A stretch of 64,000 bases of DNA from an uncultured Thermoplasmata archaeon (GTDB taxonomy: Archaea; Thermoplasmatota; Thermoplasmata; UBA10834). This document shows positions 38,055-47,994 of the stretch, piece by piece. Each line of letters begins with the position of its first letter. Positions within the stretch are counted from its first letter, which is position 1. The stretch covers positions 196,330 through 260,329 of the forward strand of contig CAZMPY010000005.1 of assembly GCA_964568665.1 (NCBI GenBank). Direction: 5' to 3'. Made by a program: the position numbers and the translations under genes. The notes under the pieces are model-generated. The model did not search any database. It worked only from the letters and a program-made list of their open reading frames with translations, and was not told where the DNA came from.

Positions 38055-39776
38055 GTGCACTTCGAGATCGCAGAGCGGGACGGCCTGGCGAGGATAGGCA
38101 TCCTCGAGATAGATGGCGTCAAGCACGAGACGCCGGCGGTCGCCTACGTCGACAGCCAGAGGTACCGGGCCCCCGACCACGGACTCAAGGTCAGGACAGG
38201 GGAGGGCGACGCCAAGGGACACCTCGCGGTCGACAGCTCCCTGTTCGGGATACTCCAGGGCGTGAGGTCCGACGGGCTGCACCTGGACCCCGGGTCCCGC
38301 GGCTCGAGATACGCCCAGCCTGCACCGGCGGGCGACATGGTCATCTTGGAAGACATCTCCCAGGCCCTCCTCGACTCCGCGAAGTTCGTGGAGCAGGTCG
38401 TGAGGGTCAAATCAGGGGCCGACCTCGTCAAGCCGGTCTACTGTTCCACAATCGGCCTGCCGCACAGGCTCGCGCTGCTCGCGTACTGCGGCATCGACCT
38501 GTTCGACTCGGTGCCATTGATCATGGCCGCCGTGAACGGGCTCTACCTGACGACGACTGGAATCCTCCGGTACGACAGCGTCAAGGACCTCCCCTGCGCG
38601 TGCCCCGCCTGCGCCTCTGGCATGCGGACGAGGGACGAGCTGCTCAGACACAACTACTCGGTGGCGGAGAGCGAGGCGCGGCACGTGAGGCACGCGATAC
38701 GGACTGGCACACTGAGAGAGCTCGTGGAGGCCAGGGTCCGCGCGGACCCGTGGCTCGTGCAGGACCTCCGGCTGCTGGACATGCACCACTACGGGCTCCA
38801 GGAGATGCACGCGCCCATCAAGGGCGCGCCATTCCACGCGGGCTCCAAGGAGTCACTCGCTCGCCCGGACGTAATACGCTGGCAGAGGAGGCTCGAGGAG
38901 AGGTACGCCAGGCCGAGGTCGGCGAAGGTCCTAGTGCTCATCCCATGCTCCGCTAAGAAACCGTACTCCACATCCCAGTCGCACCTGAGGTTCAGGGAGG
39001 CGATCTCAGCGAGCGGGCGCAAGGACCTCGTGCACGAGGTCATCGTCACGTCGCCGCTGGGGCTGGTCCCCCGGGAACTGGAACTGTTCTACCCTGCGCA
39101 GGACTACGACATCCCCGTCACCGGCCACTGGGACAGGGACGAGAAGAAGCTGGCCGAGGAGATGGTCTCATGGCTCGTGTCCAGCCAGAAGTACGACCTG
39201 GTGATATCGCACCTCGGGGACGAGAGGGAGCCAGTCAACGCCGTCCTGGGCGACTTCATAGACACATCGCAGGGCGCCCCCGGGGCCAGGGACAGCCTCG
39301 GCCGCCTGACGGAGACGCTCAAGGAGCACGTCCCGGAGCCAGGCGGACAGGGATCGTGGGACCGCGACATAGACGACATGCGATCGCTGTGCAGGTTCCA
39401 GTTCGGGCCCGCTGGTGAAGCGATCTGCGAAGGCGCGAGGGTCGCCGGACGATGGCCATACCTCAAGATCGTGCGGGACGGCCTGCAGCTGGGGATGCTC
39501 ACCGGGGACAGGGGCATGATATCCCTGACCCTGGACGGAGGGAGGACACTCGCCGAGAGCGGAGCCTACACCGTCCAGATCGAGGATTTCAAACCGAAGG
39601 GAAACCTGTTCGCCGTAGGGGTAAAGGCGGCCAGTCCCGAAATCAGGATCGGGGACGATGTGGCCGTGGCGAACGGGAAGGACCTGAGGGCGGTCGGAGT
39701 GGCACGGATGAGCCCCGCCGAGATGAAGCTGGTTAAGCGCGGCGAGGCAGTCCACATACGGCATGTCGCCCCATGA
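38055..39776 (+). CDS. arcS: Archaeosine synthase subunit alpha (TGT-like, DUF5591 and PUA domains)
   Basis: FEIAERDGLARIG, GIDLFD, CACPAC..HN, PCSAKKPYSTSQSH, TSPLGLVPRELE..YP..YDIPVTGHW, C-terminal PUA. Confidence 0.9.
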   Translation: MHFEIAERDGLARIGILEIDGVKHETPAVAYVDSQRYRAPDHGLKVRTGEGDAKGHLAVDSSLFGILQGVRSDGLHLDPGSRGSRYAQPAPAGDMVILEDISQALLDSAKFVEQVVRVKSGADLVKPVYCSTIGLPHRLALLAYCGIDLFDSVPLIMAAVNGLYLTTTGILRYDSVKDLPCACPACASGMRTRDELLRHNYSVAESEARHVRHAIRTGTLRELVEARVRADPWLVQDLRLLDMHHYGLQEMHAPIKGAPFHAGSKESLARPDVIRWQRRLEERYARPRSAKVLVLIPCSAKKPYSTSQSHLRFREAISASGRKDLVHEVIVTSPLGLVPRELELFYPAQDYDIPVTGHWDRDEKKLAEEMVSWLVSSQKYDLVISHLGDEREPVNAVLGDFIDTSQGAPGARDSLGRLTETLKEHVPEPGGQGSWDRDIDDMRSLCRFQFGPAGEAICEGARVAGRWPYLKIVRDGLQLGMLTGDRGMISLTLDGGRTLAESGAYTVQIEDFKPKGNLFAVGVKAASPEIRIGDDVAVANGKDLRAVGVARMSPAEMKLVKRGEAVHIRHVAP

Positions 39777-39869
39777 GCCAGATTGTTTTTCCGAGCACTT
39801 TCGGCGACCCCCTCGCATCAGGCTATTAACCTCGATTTCACGTAGAACTCCTTGCGAAAGGTGACAGGA

Positions 39870-39956
39870 ATGATAGAAGTGGATCACTACAGCTGGGAAG
39901 AGATGTATGACTTTCTGGGTTGCGACCCGGAGCTCGAACCAGCGCTTGACTATTGA
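39870..39956 (+). CDS. Putative 28-aa acidic small protein
   Basis: MIEVDHYSWEEMYDFLGCDPELEPALDY; SD AGGTGA; upstream TATTAA; downstream 10-bp hairpin. Confidence 0.55.
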   Translation: MIEVDHYSWEEMYDFLGCDPELEPALDY

Positions 39957-39966
39957 CTCCGTCCCA

Positions 39967-40015
39967 GATAGGTAGGACCGGTTTGCTCCCGCCTGCCTAT
40001 CACCCTCCCCCTCCA
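39967..40015 (+). terminator. Inverted repeat GATAGGTAGG/CCTGCCTATC plus pyrimidine tract
   Basis: Arms at 39967-39976 and 39992-40001, between convergent genes. Confidence 0.5.
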
Positions 40016-40047
40016 AGCAGGCCGCGCCATACAAGGCGTGAAGGACA

Positions 40048-40425
40048 TCATCCGATGGATCTGCGGCCTAGCGCGGTCATCGAATATACCCTCCATGTGC
40101 GCATCTTCTTTGCGCGGATCAGCCCAGCACGCTCCAGCACCTGGAGATGATAGGAGAGCTTCGACGACGGGACACCCGTGATCTCGCGCAGGAGGCAGGG
40201 GCATAGATCGGCCCTCGCCAGCGCCCACAGTATCTTGGTCCTCGTGAAGTCTGACAAGGCATGGTTGACCTTTGCCTGTAGCTTCAGCTCGGCGTCCGAA
40301 GGGATGCTGGCCAACAGTTTGGAGTACCCGCCCATCTTCGATACGCGCGAGGCGACGTCCGGAGGGACCTCGAGATGCTTCCGCCTTCGACCGCAACACG
40401 GCACCTCGATTCTCGTCGATGGCAC
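40048..40425 (-). CDS. ArsR/SmtB family regulator
   Basis: HALSDFTRTKILWAL...LCPCLL..SKLSYHLQVL; start uncertain. Confidence 0.85.
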   Translation of the reverse strand: MPSTRIEVPCCGRRRKHLEVPPDVASRVSKMGGYSKLLASIPSDAELKLQAKVNHALSDFTRTKILWALARADLCPCLLREITGVPSSKLSYHLQVLERAGLIRAKKMRTWRVYSMTALGRRSIG

Positions 40426-40489
40426 AACGGATAAATACGCACCTCGCTATTTCAATTTTTGTTGAAATAATGCCCGTGGAAGTAACACC

Positions 40490-41017
40490 ATGGTAATGAC
40501 ACCGTGCTGCCCAGGCAGGAAGACGACGAAGCGGATCCTGGTCGGCGGTCAAGAGGTCGGGATATCGGACCTCGACGGGATCATCGCGGTCGCGCTGTCT
40601 TGCTCTGATGCGACTGATGACGATCTGAGGGCCATCCTCATCAGGGAACTCAGAAGGTGCAATTACGTCCCGTCCGAGGCGGAGACGGAATACGAGGAGG
40701 CCATCTGGCGTGAGTTCCAGCTCGCTCGCAAACGGGAGACCACTGAGAGGTCCGGACGGCCAGAGGTGATCGTGTACGGGACCGGGTGCGACCGGTGCGA
40801 CAACATGTCCCGGGCCGTCAACGAAGCGCTCGCAGCCGTTGGGATTCGAGCCGATGTGGTCAAGGTAACTGACCTCGAGAAGATGGTCGAACGACACATC
40901 GAGGAGGCGCCCGCCCTAAGCCTGAACGGACGGGTGGTCGTCTCCGGACGGGTGCCATCGAAGGAAGAACTCGAGGACATCATCAGACGAACACTTGGAG
41001 GCGCACGACATGGCTGA
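40490..41017 (+). CDS. Two-domain protein: N-terminal CC-motif domain fused to MTH895-like thioredoxin
   Basis: PCCPG...NYVPS; VYGTGCDRC...VVKVTD...PALSLNGRVVVSGRVP. Confidence 0.8.
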   Translation: MVMTPCCPGRKTTKRILVGGQEVGISDLDGIIAVALSCSDATDDDLRAILIRELRRCNYVPSEAETEYEEAIWREFQLARKRETTERSGRPEVIVYGTGCDRCDNMSRAVNEALAAVGIRADVVKVTDLEKMVERHIEEAPALSLNGRVVVSGRVPSKEELEDIIRRTLGGARHG

Positions 41018-41297
41018 GAAGTACGAGGGGTTCCCGAGAGAGGAGATCCCGTGGTATCCGACAATCGACCAAGGATTATGCACCGGCTGCGGCACGTGCG
41101 TCGAGTTCTGCCACAAGGGCGTGTACGCGAAAGGCGATAAGGTCGAGGTGAAGAACCCCTTCTCATGCGTTGTCGGATGTACTGGCTGCCTCAAGGGATG
41201 CCCGGAGGAGGCGATCTCGTTCCCCAGCATGAGAGATCTCGTCCTCGTGCTCAAGGATCTCGAGAAGAAGTACGGCAAGAGGGGGAAGGGGACCTGA
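41010..41297 (+). CDS. 2x[4Fe-4S] ferredoxin family protein
   Basis: IPWYPTID..CTGCGTCVEFC...CVVGCTGCLKGCP. Confidence 0.9.
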   Translation: MAEKYEGFPREEIPWYPTIDQGLCTGCGTCVEFCHKGVYAKGDKVEVKNPFSCVVGCTGCLKGCPEEAISFPSMRDLVLVLKDLEKKYGKRGKGT

Positions 41298-41510
41298 GAC
41301 AGGACGCGGCGGGGGACGGGGGAGCCTGCCCTCCCGAGAGGGACCCAGCACGAAAATCTTAATAGAGTGGTAAGCGTTCGGCCTACTGGGACAACTGGGA
41401 TGCATAGCTGGTCCAGGGCGCGATTCGCCCGGGACCGGATCGAATGACAGTGCCAGGCAGAGGTAGCTGGGATGGGAACACGTGGCCCTGGCCTGAGAGC
41501 GTTGGCAAAC

Positions 41511-41927
41511 ATGTCCGGAGGTTTCGCGACGAGTGAACCCAGGCGGGGCGTCGGCAGAGCGGCCAGGGTCTTCGTCGTCGACGACGAGGAGTTCATAAGA
41601 GACCTCTACAAGGACATGTTCGAGTCGAACGGCCACACGGTCTTCTCGGCCAGAGACGGGGACGAAGCGCTGAAGATTCTCAAGACGATGCAGTGCAAAC
41701 CAGATGCCATCATAATGGACCACCGGATGCCTGGCAAGGACGGCATCGAGACGACGAGGGAGATAAGGAAGATGGACCCGACGATCCCCGTCATATTCTC
41801 AAGCGCAGACGAATCGATTCGCCAGGAGGCCCTCGAGGCCGGGGCCGTGTCCTTCTGGGCGAAACCGTTCCCGATACACCTTCTCATCAACGCGACCGTC
41901 GACATCGTGAAGGCGCGGGACAAGTGA
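41511..41927 (+). CDS. Single-domain response regulator
   Basis: VFVVDDE, IIMDHRMPGKDG, FSSA, KPF. Confidence 0.9.
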   Translation: MSGGFATSEPRRGVGRAARVFVVDDEEFIRDLYKDMFESNGHTVFSARDGDEALKILKTMQCKPDAIIMDHRMPGKDGIETTREIRKMDPTIPVIFSSADESIRQEALEAGAVSFWAKPFPIHLLINATVDIVKARDK

Positions 41928-41936
41928 GCGCGGGCA

Positions 41937-42974
41937 TCACTCCAGCTTGTACCGGAGTATGGCTCCGACCCCGCCGAGCGACTCCAGCCTTCTACCGGCC
42001 TCGTGCATCGAACTGACGATCATGAACTCGCCCTTGGACGCCTCGACCGAACTCAGCAGTCGGTCCGCGCCATGCTTCCTGACCAGCGTGTCCACTATCA
42101 GCAGTGTCTTGACCGCGCCCGCGTCGCACGCGTGCCTCACGGAAGCGTCGCCGTAGGCGAACATGCCGTCCTTGGCGATCTCGGCGAACAGATGCTCGAC
42201 CAGCAGGGTCTCCTTCGCGACCCTCGACTCTTCGAGGACCTTCCCTCCGATGCCTTTCTTCATCAGCTCGGCGACCCCGGCCATCCCAGCCTGCCCCGTG
42301 GACTGCAGCGAGAGGTTCTTGGCGGCTTCGGGCAGCTTCTCCCGGATCCTCCTCACGAGCGCCTCCTTCGTGAAGCCGGGCCCGAGTACGATAAGGGGTT
42401 CGCCGTGGATCATCAGGGTCAGCTTGGAGACGACCTCGTCCAGGAACTCCGGCTCATTGGGCTTGGAGTCGTACATCTTCCCGCCGGGGTTCCGCGTGAT
42501 GGTCGCGACCTCCTTGACCCCGTAGTCCCTGACGACCGCGATCACCGCCTCCGTGTCCTCGATTGCCACCAGGAACAGCGACGGCTTGTCGGACGACGCG
42601 ACGGCCTGCTTGATCCTGTCGAAGTGCTTCGGCATCCACTCGGGCTTGACGACCGTGAGGTCGTCGCCCGGGCCGATCATGAGCGTGTGATGCTCTCCGA
42701 CGTCCTGCGGGCCCGATATGATCGTCCCGAGTATGCGGAGCCTATCCTCCGATTCGTGGAACTCGACCTTGTCCACGCGCAGCCCGAGCCGCATGCGCAC
42801 CTTCTCGGTCCGCTCGGGCCTGAGCTTGTCGCTCTTGTCCTCTTTCCTGCGAAAAGTGGTGGCGAAGACCAGGTCTCTCGCATCCACAAGGTTGTAGAGG
42901 TGCCACAGGTCGTCGATGGTGTCCGCTAGGAGCTTGATCTCGTTGTTGTTCGCGTCCTGATGGAGTATCTTCAT
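41937..42974 (-). CDS. pelA: mRNA surveillance protein Pelota
   Basis: DDLWHLYNL, RLRILG, HHTL, GPGFTK, GGVGAILRY. Confidence 0.95.
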   Translation of the reverse strand: MKILHQDANNNEIKLLADTIDDLWHLYNLVDARDLVFATTFRRKEDKSDKLRPERTEKVRMRLGLRVDKVEFHESEDRLRILGTIISGPQDVGEHHTLMIGPGDDLTVVKPEWMPKHFDRIKQAVASSDKPSLFLVAIEDTEAVIAVVRDYGVKEVATITRNPGGKMYDSKPNEPEFLDEVVSKLTLMIHGEPLIVLGPGFTKEALVRRIREKLPEAAKNLSLQSTGQAGMAGVAELMKKGIGGKVLEESRVAKETLLVEHLFAEIAKDGMFAYGDASVRHACDAGAVKTLLIVDTLVRKHGADRLLSSVEASKGEFMIVSSMHEAGRRLESLGGVGAILRYKLE

Positions 42975-43113
42975 CCTTTTCGATGCTCAAATGCCCCAGG
43001 GCGCATATCAAGCCATCGCGGAAGTCCCACGGTCCCTGCAATCATGTCTGGTCCGAGAAAGTATATATTCCTATCAGGTCATAGCTGACTGACCTGGTCA
43101 GAAAGGGAGTTAC

Positions 43114-43473
43114 ATGGCGGAGTACCTTGAGATAGAAGAGGTGCTTGACGAGATACGGTCGTTGCCCTCGATTTATGAAGTCACGGTCGTCTCCCGAAGC
43201 GGTATGCACATCGCGGGGGACTCACCGAGGGGCGTGCACCTCGAGACATTCGTCGCCATGTCCGCGATCCTCCTGGGTGCTGCGGAGACCGCAACGGCGG
43301 AGATGAAGGACAAGCTGCAGCACGTCGCGATCGAGCTCTCCAGGGGGAAGCTCATCGTCGTAGGTGCCGGAACACGGGCCCTCCTGGTCGTGACCGCCTC
43401 GAACGAGGTCCCGACCAGCGATCTGGCGAACCAGGTCAAACAGTTCGGCGCCAGGATCGCCGAGAAGATTTGA
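43114..43473 (+). CDS. Roadblock/LC7 (MglB-like) protein
   Basis: VVSRSGMHIAG..ETFVAMSAILLGAAE...AGTRALLVV. Confidence 0.88.
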   Translation: MAEYLEIEEVLDEIRSLPSIYEVTVVSRSGMHIAGDSPRGVHLETFVAMSAILLGAAETATAEMKDKLQHVAIELSRGKLIVVGAGTRALLVVTASNEVPTSDLANQVKQFGARIAEKI

Positions 43474-43481
43474 CCCTGGCC

Positions 43482-44147
43482 TCAGAGCCTCTTGAAGCCG
43501 CCCCGGGCCCATTCCAGCAGTATCTCAGCGGAGTAGACGATGCCCTCGCTTGCGGTCCTGCTCCTTCCGTCCGCGGACGTCGACCCTTTTGCGATGGCCT
43601 CGATGACATCCCCTTCGCTCTGGGCGCCCTCGGCGACCGTGTACGCCCTGCCGATCTCATGCGGCTTGTGCGCATCGCTCCCGCCGGTCCGCGCCAGCCC
43701 TCTCCTCACGGCGACCGCCTCGGCCCTGCGGTTGCTTCTCCGCGGGTTCCCGCCGTTCAGCACCTCGATGCCGTCGAACGCGACGGTGCCCGCGACCTCG
43801 AGGCCTACGCCGGACGGGAACCTCTGTGGATGGGCCGCAACCGCGACCCCGCCGAGCGCGTGTACCCTCTCGACGGTCTCCTCGACGGACAGGCTCCTCG
43901 GGACGAGCTCGCCCACCCCGTAGGCCAGCACATGCCCGCTCAGCGTCGACACCTCGACCCCGCGGACCACGACCAGCCCGTGCTCCTTGGCCAGCGAATA
44001 CGCCTCGAGCGAACCCGCGATGGCGTTATGGTCCGATATGCAAAGCCCGTCCAGCCCAGCGGCTCTGCAGCGCTTGAGGACCTCCTTCGGAGGCCCGTTC
44101 CCTGCATCCCGCGAGTGCGCGGAGTGGATGTGCATGTCGAGTTTCAT
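43482..44147 (-). CDS. PHP-domain phosphoesterase
   Basis: DMHIHSAHSRD, SDHN, GVEVST..GH, AHP, GGSDAH. Confidence 0.9.
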   Translation of the reverse strand: MKLDMHIHSAHSRDAGNGPPKEVLKRCRAAGLDGLCISDHNAIAGSLEAYSLAKEHGLVVVRGVEVSTLSGHVLAYGVGELVPRSLSVEETVERVHALGGVAVAAHPQRFPSGVGLEVAGTVAFDGIEVLNGGNPRRSNRRAEAVAVRRGLARTGGSDAHKPHEIGRAYTVAEGAQSEGDVIEAIAKGSTSADGRSRTASEGIVYSAEILLEWARGGFKRL

Positions 44148-46348
44148 CGTATCTTCGCACCTGCGTGTATGTCCCTGTCGAACACGACCTTGACGCCGTC
44201 CGCATGCATCAGCATGGCCTTGTCCCCGAAGATGAAAGCCGCATAGACCTTCCCGGCCTCGGCCTTGTCGAGCCTGCACGGGACATTCCTGCCCCCGACA
44301 TCCAATGCGTCGGCTTCCCCGGGCACGACCGCCCCTACGCGCATGTCCAGCTTCTGGAACTCCTTGAAGCTGATGGGCTTCTGACCCGGCTCCATGCCGC
44401 TCGCGACCTGCGTCCCCGGCGGCAGGTCCTTCTCAGGCCGGAGCAGCGCCAGCCGGCCGCTCTCCTCCGCCGCGAGGAGCATGCCCTCGGACTTGACGCC
44501 CCTGAGCACGGCGGGCTCGAGGTTCGTCACTATGACGAGCGTCTTGCTCTTGAGCTCGTCCGCGGTGTAGTGCTCCTTCAGGCCCGTCACGATTGTGATC
44601 TCCCTGCCGACATCGGCCTTGACCAGGTACAGCTTGTCGGCGTTCGGATGGGGCTGGACGTCCAGGACCTTCCCGACCTTGAGGTTGAGCGCCGCGTACT
44701 TCTGGAACTCGGATGCGGCCGCGACCTCGACCTTGGCGAACTGTGGGACGGGCTTCTCGAGGGTGACCCCGGCCGTCAGCGGCATCCCGATCCCTGGCCA
44801 GCCTTGCTCCTCGACGGTGCCCTCCATCCTGAGCTGGGCCCAGATGCTCTCCGACGAGAACGGCATGAACGGGTTCGCCATGACCGCGAGCGCCTTGACG
44901 ATGAGCAGGTTCACGTGCAGGACCGTACCGCAACGCTCCTTGTCCGTGCCCACGAGGGCCCAGGGCGCGACCGCGTCGAAGTACTGGTTCCCGAACTGGG
45001 CGAGGTCCATGACGCCCTTGAGGGCGCGCCTGAACTCGCACTTCGAGAGCGCGTCGGAGACCTCCTTGTTCGCATCGGAGATGCGCTGGAGTGCCGCCTT
45101 GTCGCGCTCGTCCATCACGCCCAAAGGCGGTATGACGCCGTAGTTCTTGAAAGTGAACGACAGGGTCCTGTGGACGAAGTTCCCGTAGGCGGCCACGAGC
45201 TCGCTGTTGATCCTCTGGGCGAAGTCCTCCCACGAGAACTCGCTGTCCTTCAGCTCGGGCATGGTCGCCGACAGGTAGTACCTTATGATGTCGGGCCTGA
45301 ACTTCGTCAGCATGTCCGGGATGTCTATGCTTACGCCCATGCTCTTGGAGAACTTCTGTCCGCCCAGGTTCATGTACTGGTTCGCCGGGACGTCGTAGGG
45401 CAGGTTCAGCCCGCCGTACCCGAGGAGCATGGCGGGCCATATGATCGTGTGGAACACTATGTTGTCCTTCCCGAGGAAGTAGTAGCTCCTGCAGGACGGG
45501 TCGGTCCAGAAGAGCTTCCAGTCTTCTGGCCGGCCCTCGATGTCCGCCCACTCCTTCGTCGCCGAGAGGTAGCCTATGACCGCCTCGAACCAGACGTAGA
45601 TGCGCTTGCTCTCGAAGCCCGGGACCGGGACAGGCACGCCCCAGGCGATGTCCCTGGTGATCGGCCGGTCCACGAGCCCCTCGTTGAGGATGTTGAGCGT
45701 GAAGGCCTTCACGTGGGGGCGCCAATGTGTCTGCGCCTCGACGTATCCCTTGAGCTCCTCGGTGAAGTGTGAGAGCTTCAGGAAGTAGTGCTCGGTCTCG
45801 GTGAGGTTGGGGGTCTCCCCGCAGAGCTGGCACTTCGCATCTATGAGCTGCTCGGCGTTCAGGTCCTTCCCGCACTGGTCGCACTGGTCCCCGCGGGCGC
45901 GGTCGTACTTGCAGTACGGGCAGACGCCCTCGACGTACCTGTCGGGGAGGAACCGCCTGCAGCTTTCGCAGTAGAACTGCGGGGTGCTCTTCTTCTCCAG
46001 ATGGCCCTGCTCGAGGAGCCTCAGGAAGACCTTGGCCGCGACCTCCTCGTGGTTCTTGGTGTGGGTGCTGGTGTACAGGTCGTAGGATGCGCCCAGGTCC
46101 GAGAGCGCCTTCGAATCGATCTCGTGGTACCTGAACGCTATGACCTCCGGTGAGACCTTCTCCTTGTCCGCGCTCACGGTCACCGGGGCGCCGTGCATGT
46201 CGGTCCCTGAGACCATCAGGACATCGTTCCCGATCAGGCGGTTGTACCTCGCGAATATATCCGCCGGGAGCACCGAGCCCGTGACATGTCCCAGGTGTAT
46301 GGGGCCGTTCGCGTAGGGCCACGCGACGCAGATGAGTATCCTTGCCAT
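44144..46348 (-). CDS. metG: Methionyl-tRNA synthetase with C-terminal tRNA-binding domain
   Basis: PYANGPIHLGH, zinc knuckles, YVWFEA, GKDNIVFH, KFSKS, HPNADKLY. Confidence 0.97.
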   Translation of the reverse strand: MARILICVAWPYANGPIHLGHVTGSVLPADIFARYNRLIGNDVLMVSGTDMHGAPVTVSADKEKVSPEVIAFRYHEIDSKALSDLGASYDLYTSTHTKNHEEVAAKVFLRLLEQGHLEKKSTPQFYCESCRRFLPDRYVEGVCPYCKYDRARGDQCDQCGKDLNAEQLIDAKCQLCGETPNLTETEHYFLKLSHFTEELKGYVEAQTHWRPHVKAFTLNILNEGLVDRPITRDIAWGVPVPVPGFESKRIYVWFEAVIGYLSATKEWADIEGRPEDWKLFWTDPSCRSYYFLGKDNIVFHTIIWPAMLLGYGGLNLPYDVPANQYMNLGGQKFSKSMGVSIDIPDMLTKFRPDIIRYYLSATMPELKDSEFSWEDFAQRINSELVAAYGNFVHRTLSFTFKNYGVIPPLGVMDERDKAALQRISDANKEVSDALSKCEFRRALKGVMDLAQFGNQYFDAVAPWALVGTDKERCGTVLHVNLLIVKALAVMANPFMPFSSESIWAQLRMEGTVEEQGWPGIGMPLTAGVTLEKPVPQFAKVEVAAASEFQKYAALNLKVGKVLDVQPHPNADKLYLVKADVGREITIVTGLKEHYTADELKSKTLVIVTNLEPAVLRGVKSEGMLLAAEESGRLALLRPEKDLPPGTQVASGMEPGQKPISFKEFQKLDMRVGAVVPGEADALDVGGRNVPCRLDKAEAGKVYAAFIFGDKAMLMHADGVKVVFDRDIHAGAKIR

Positions 46349-46462
46349 CTTGACCAGCCGCCCTCAATCGCGGGGGCCGGACTTAAAGCTAGCGTGGCCC
46401 AATGGCCTGGGCTGCCTCGACGAACGGCAAATCATATACAGGGGCTCCCGCATTCTGGGACC

Positions 46463-47959
46463 ATGGCCCCGCTGGAGCTTGTCCGGCTGAGGGAGGACCT
46501 GGAGGCCTTCCAGGGCGCGCTGATGCTTGAGTTCTACAGCAACTACGCCGGGCTCAAGGACGACATGAGCACGACGGGGATCTACGACAGGTACGCCCAC
46601 CTGTTCTCGAAGGACACGCTCGCCGCGCTGGCCGGTCCGCCGCCAGACGACCCAGACGAGGCGCGCAGGATACGATACCTGAGGGCGTTCTGCACGGTCG
46701 GCCACCTGGACAGCGCGGTCAAGGAGCTCACGGACAAGGCCAACACATACGAGGCGCGGTCCGTCGTTGAGTTCGACGGGGAGACCATCCCCTACAGGTC
46801 CGTGCCGGTCAGGCTGAGGAGCGAGCCGGACCGTGCCCGGCGCGAGCAGCTGTTCCATGCGAAGCTCGGGGTGACCGAGGGGCTGAACGAGATCCTGCTT
46901 GAGCGCATGGGTGGCGCGCACGAGCTCGCCGGGGCCCTGGGGTTCAGGAACTACAGGGACATGTGCTCGACGCTGAAGGGCGTGGACTACGCCGCCCTCG
47001 AGGAGCAGATGGAGGACTTCCTCCACAGGACAGGGGGGCTCTACAGGGAGCACATGGACGCCCTCCTGACGGACAGGGCCGGCGTCGGGCTCGAGGACGC
47101 ATGGAGCTTCGATGTGCCGTTCGCCCTCAGGGGGGACGACTTCGACCAGTACTTCGCAAAGGACCGGCTCGTGCCGGTGTTCCACGGAACGCTGAAGGGC
47201 ATGGGCATCGAGCCTGAACGGTACACGAACATCGAGGTGGACACCGAGGCCCGCCCGAAGAAGGTCCCGAGGGCGTTCTGCGCGCCGATCAGGGTCCCGG
47301 GGGATGTCAAGCTGGTCATACTCCCGATGGGCGGATGGAAGGACTACGGGGCGTTCTTCCACGAGGGTGGGCACGCATGGCATTTCGGCAGCACCGACGA
47401 GAGCCTCGCCCCCGAATACAGGTACCTCGGCGACAACTCCGTAACCGAGGCGTTCGCGTTCCTGTTCACATACCTGCCGTCGAACCCGGCCTGGCTGAAG
47501 AGGTTCGTCGGCATGGAGGACCCGGGAGAGTACACCAGGTTCGCCCTGGTCGACAAGCTGATGTTCCTCCGGCGGTACGCATCGAAGCTGATCTACGAGA
47601 CCAAGCTGCACACCGGCACACCAGGACCGGAGTTCCAGCACATCTACAAGAACTGCCTGCAGAAGGGGCTCGGGTTCAAGCACTCGGAGAAGCACTACCT
47701 GGAGGACGTCGACGACGGGTTCTACTGCGCGGAGTACCTGAGGGCGTGGATACTGGAGGGGCAGCTCAGGGAGGCGCTCACGGAGAAGTTCGGGGACGAG
47801 TGGTTCACGGACCCGCGGGCGGGGGAGTACCTCCGGGAGCTCTGGTCCTACGGTCAGAAGTACACCGCGGACGAACTCGTCAAGACGATAGGGTATGTCG
47901 AGCTGGACCCGGAGCCGATGATACGCGAGATCGAGCAGGGCCTAGGGGACTCGGGCTGA
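46463..47959 (+). CDS. Zincin metallopeptidase (M3/M32-like)
   Basis: KKVPRAFC, FFHEGGHAWH, SVTEAFA. Confidence 0.75.
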   Translation: MAPLELVRLREDLEAFQGALMLEFYSNYAGLKDDMSTTGIYDRYAHLFSKDTLAALAGPPPDDPDEARRIRYLRAFCTVGHLDSAVKELTDKANTYEARSVVEFDGETIPYRSVPVRLRSEPDRARREQLFHAKLGVTEGLNEILLERMGGAHELAGALGFRNYRDMCSTLKGVDYAALEEQMEDFLHRTGGLYREHMDALLTDRAGVGLEDAWSFDVPFALRGDDFDQYFAKDRLVPVFHGTLKGMGIEPERYTNIEVDTEARPKKVPRAFCAPIRVPGDVKLVILPMGGWKDYGAFFHEGGHAWHFGSTDESLAPEYRYLGDNSVTEAFAFLFTYLPSNPAWLKRFVGMEDPGEYTRFALVDKLMFLRRYASKLIYETKLHTGTPGPEFQHIYKNCLQKGLGFKHSEKHYLEDVDDGFYCAEYLRAWILEGQLREALTEKFGDEWFTDPRAGEYLRELWSYGQKYTADELVKTIGYVELDPEPMIREIEQGLGDSG

Positions 47960-47994
47960 TACTTTTTTAAACGGGACCCACCTTAACCTGGACG

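Noticed and set aside
44165..46367. Long alternative-frame and antisense ORFs over metG (also 730-2322, 24019-25404, 46364-47695)
   Set aside because: Expected stop-poor shadow frames in high-GC3 genes; Arg/Gly/Pro-rich, no motifs.
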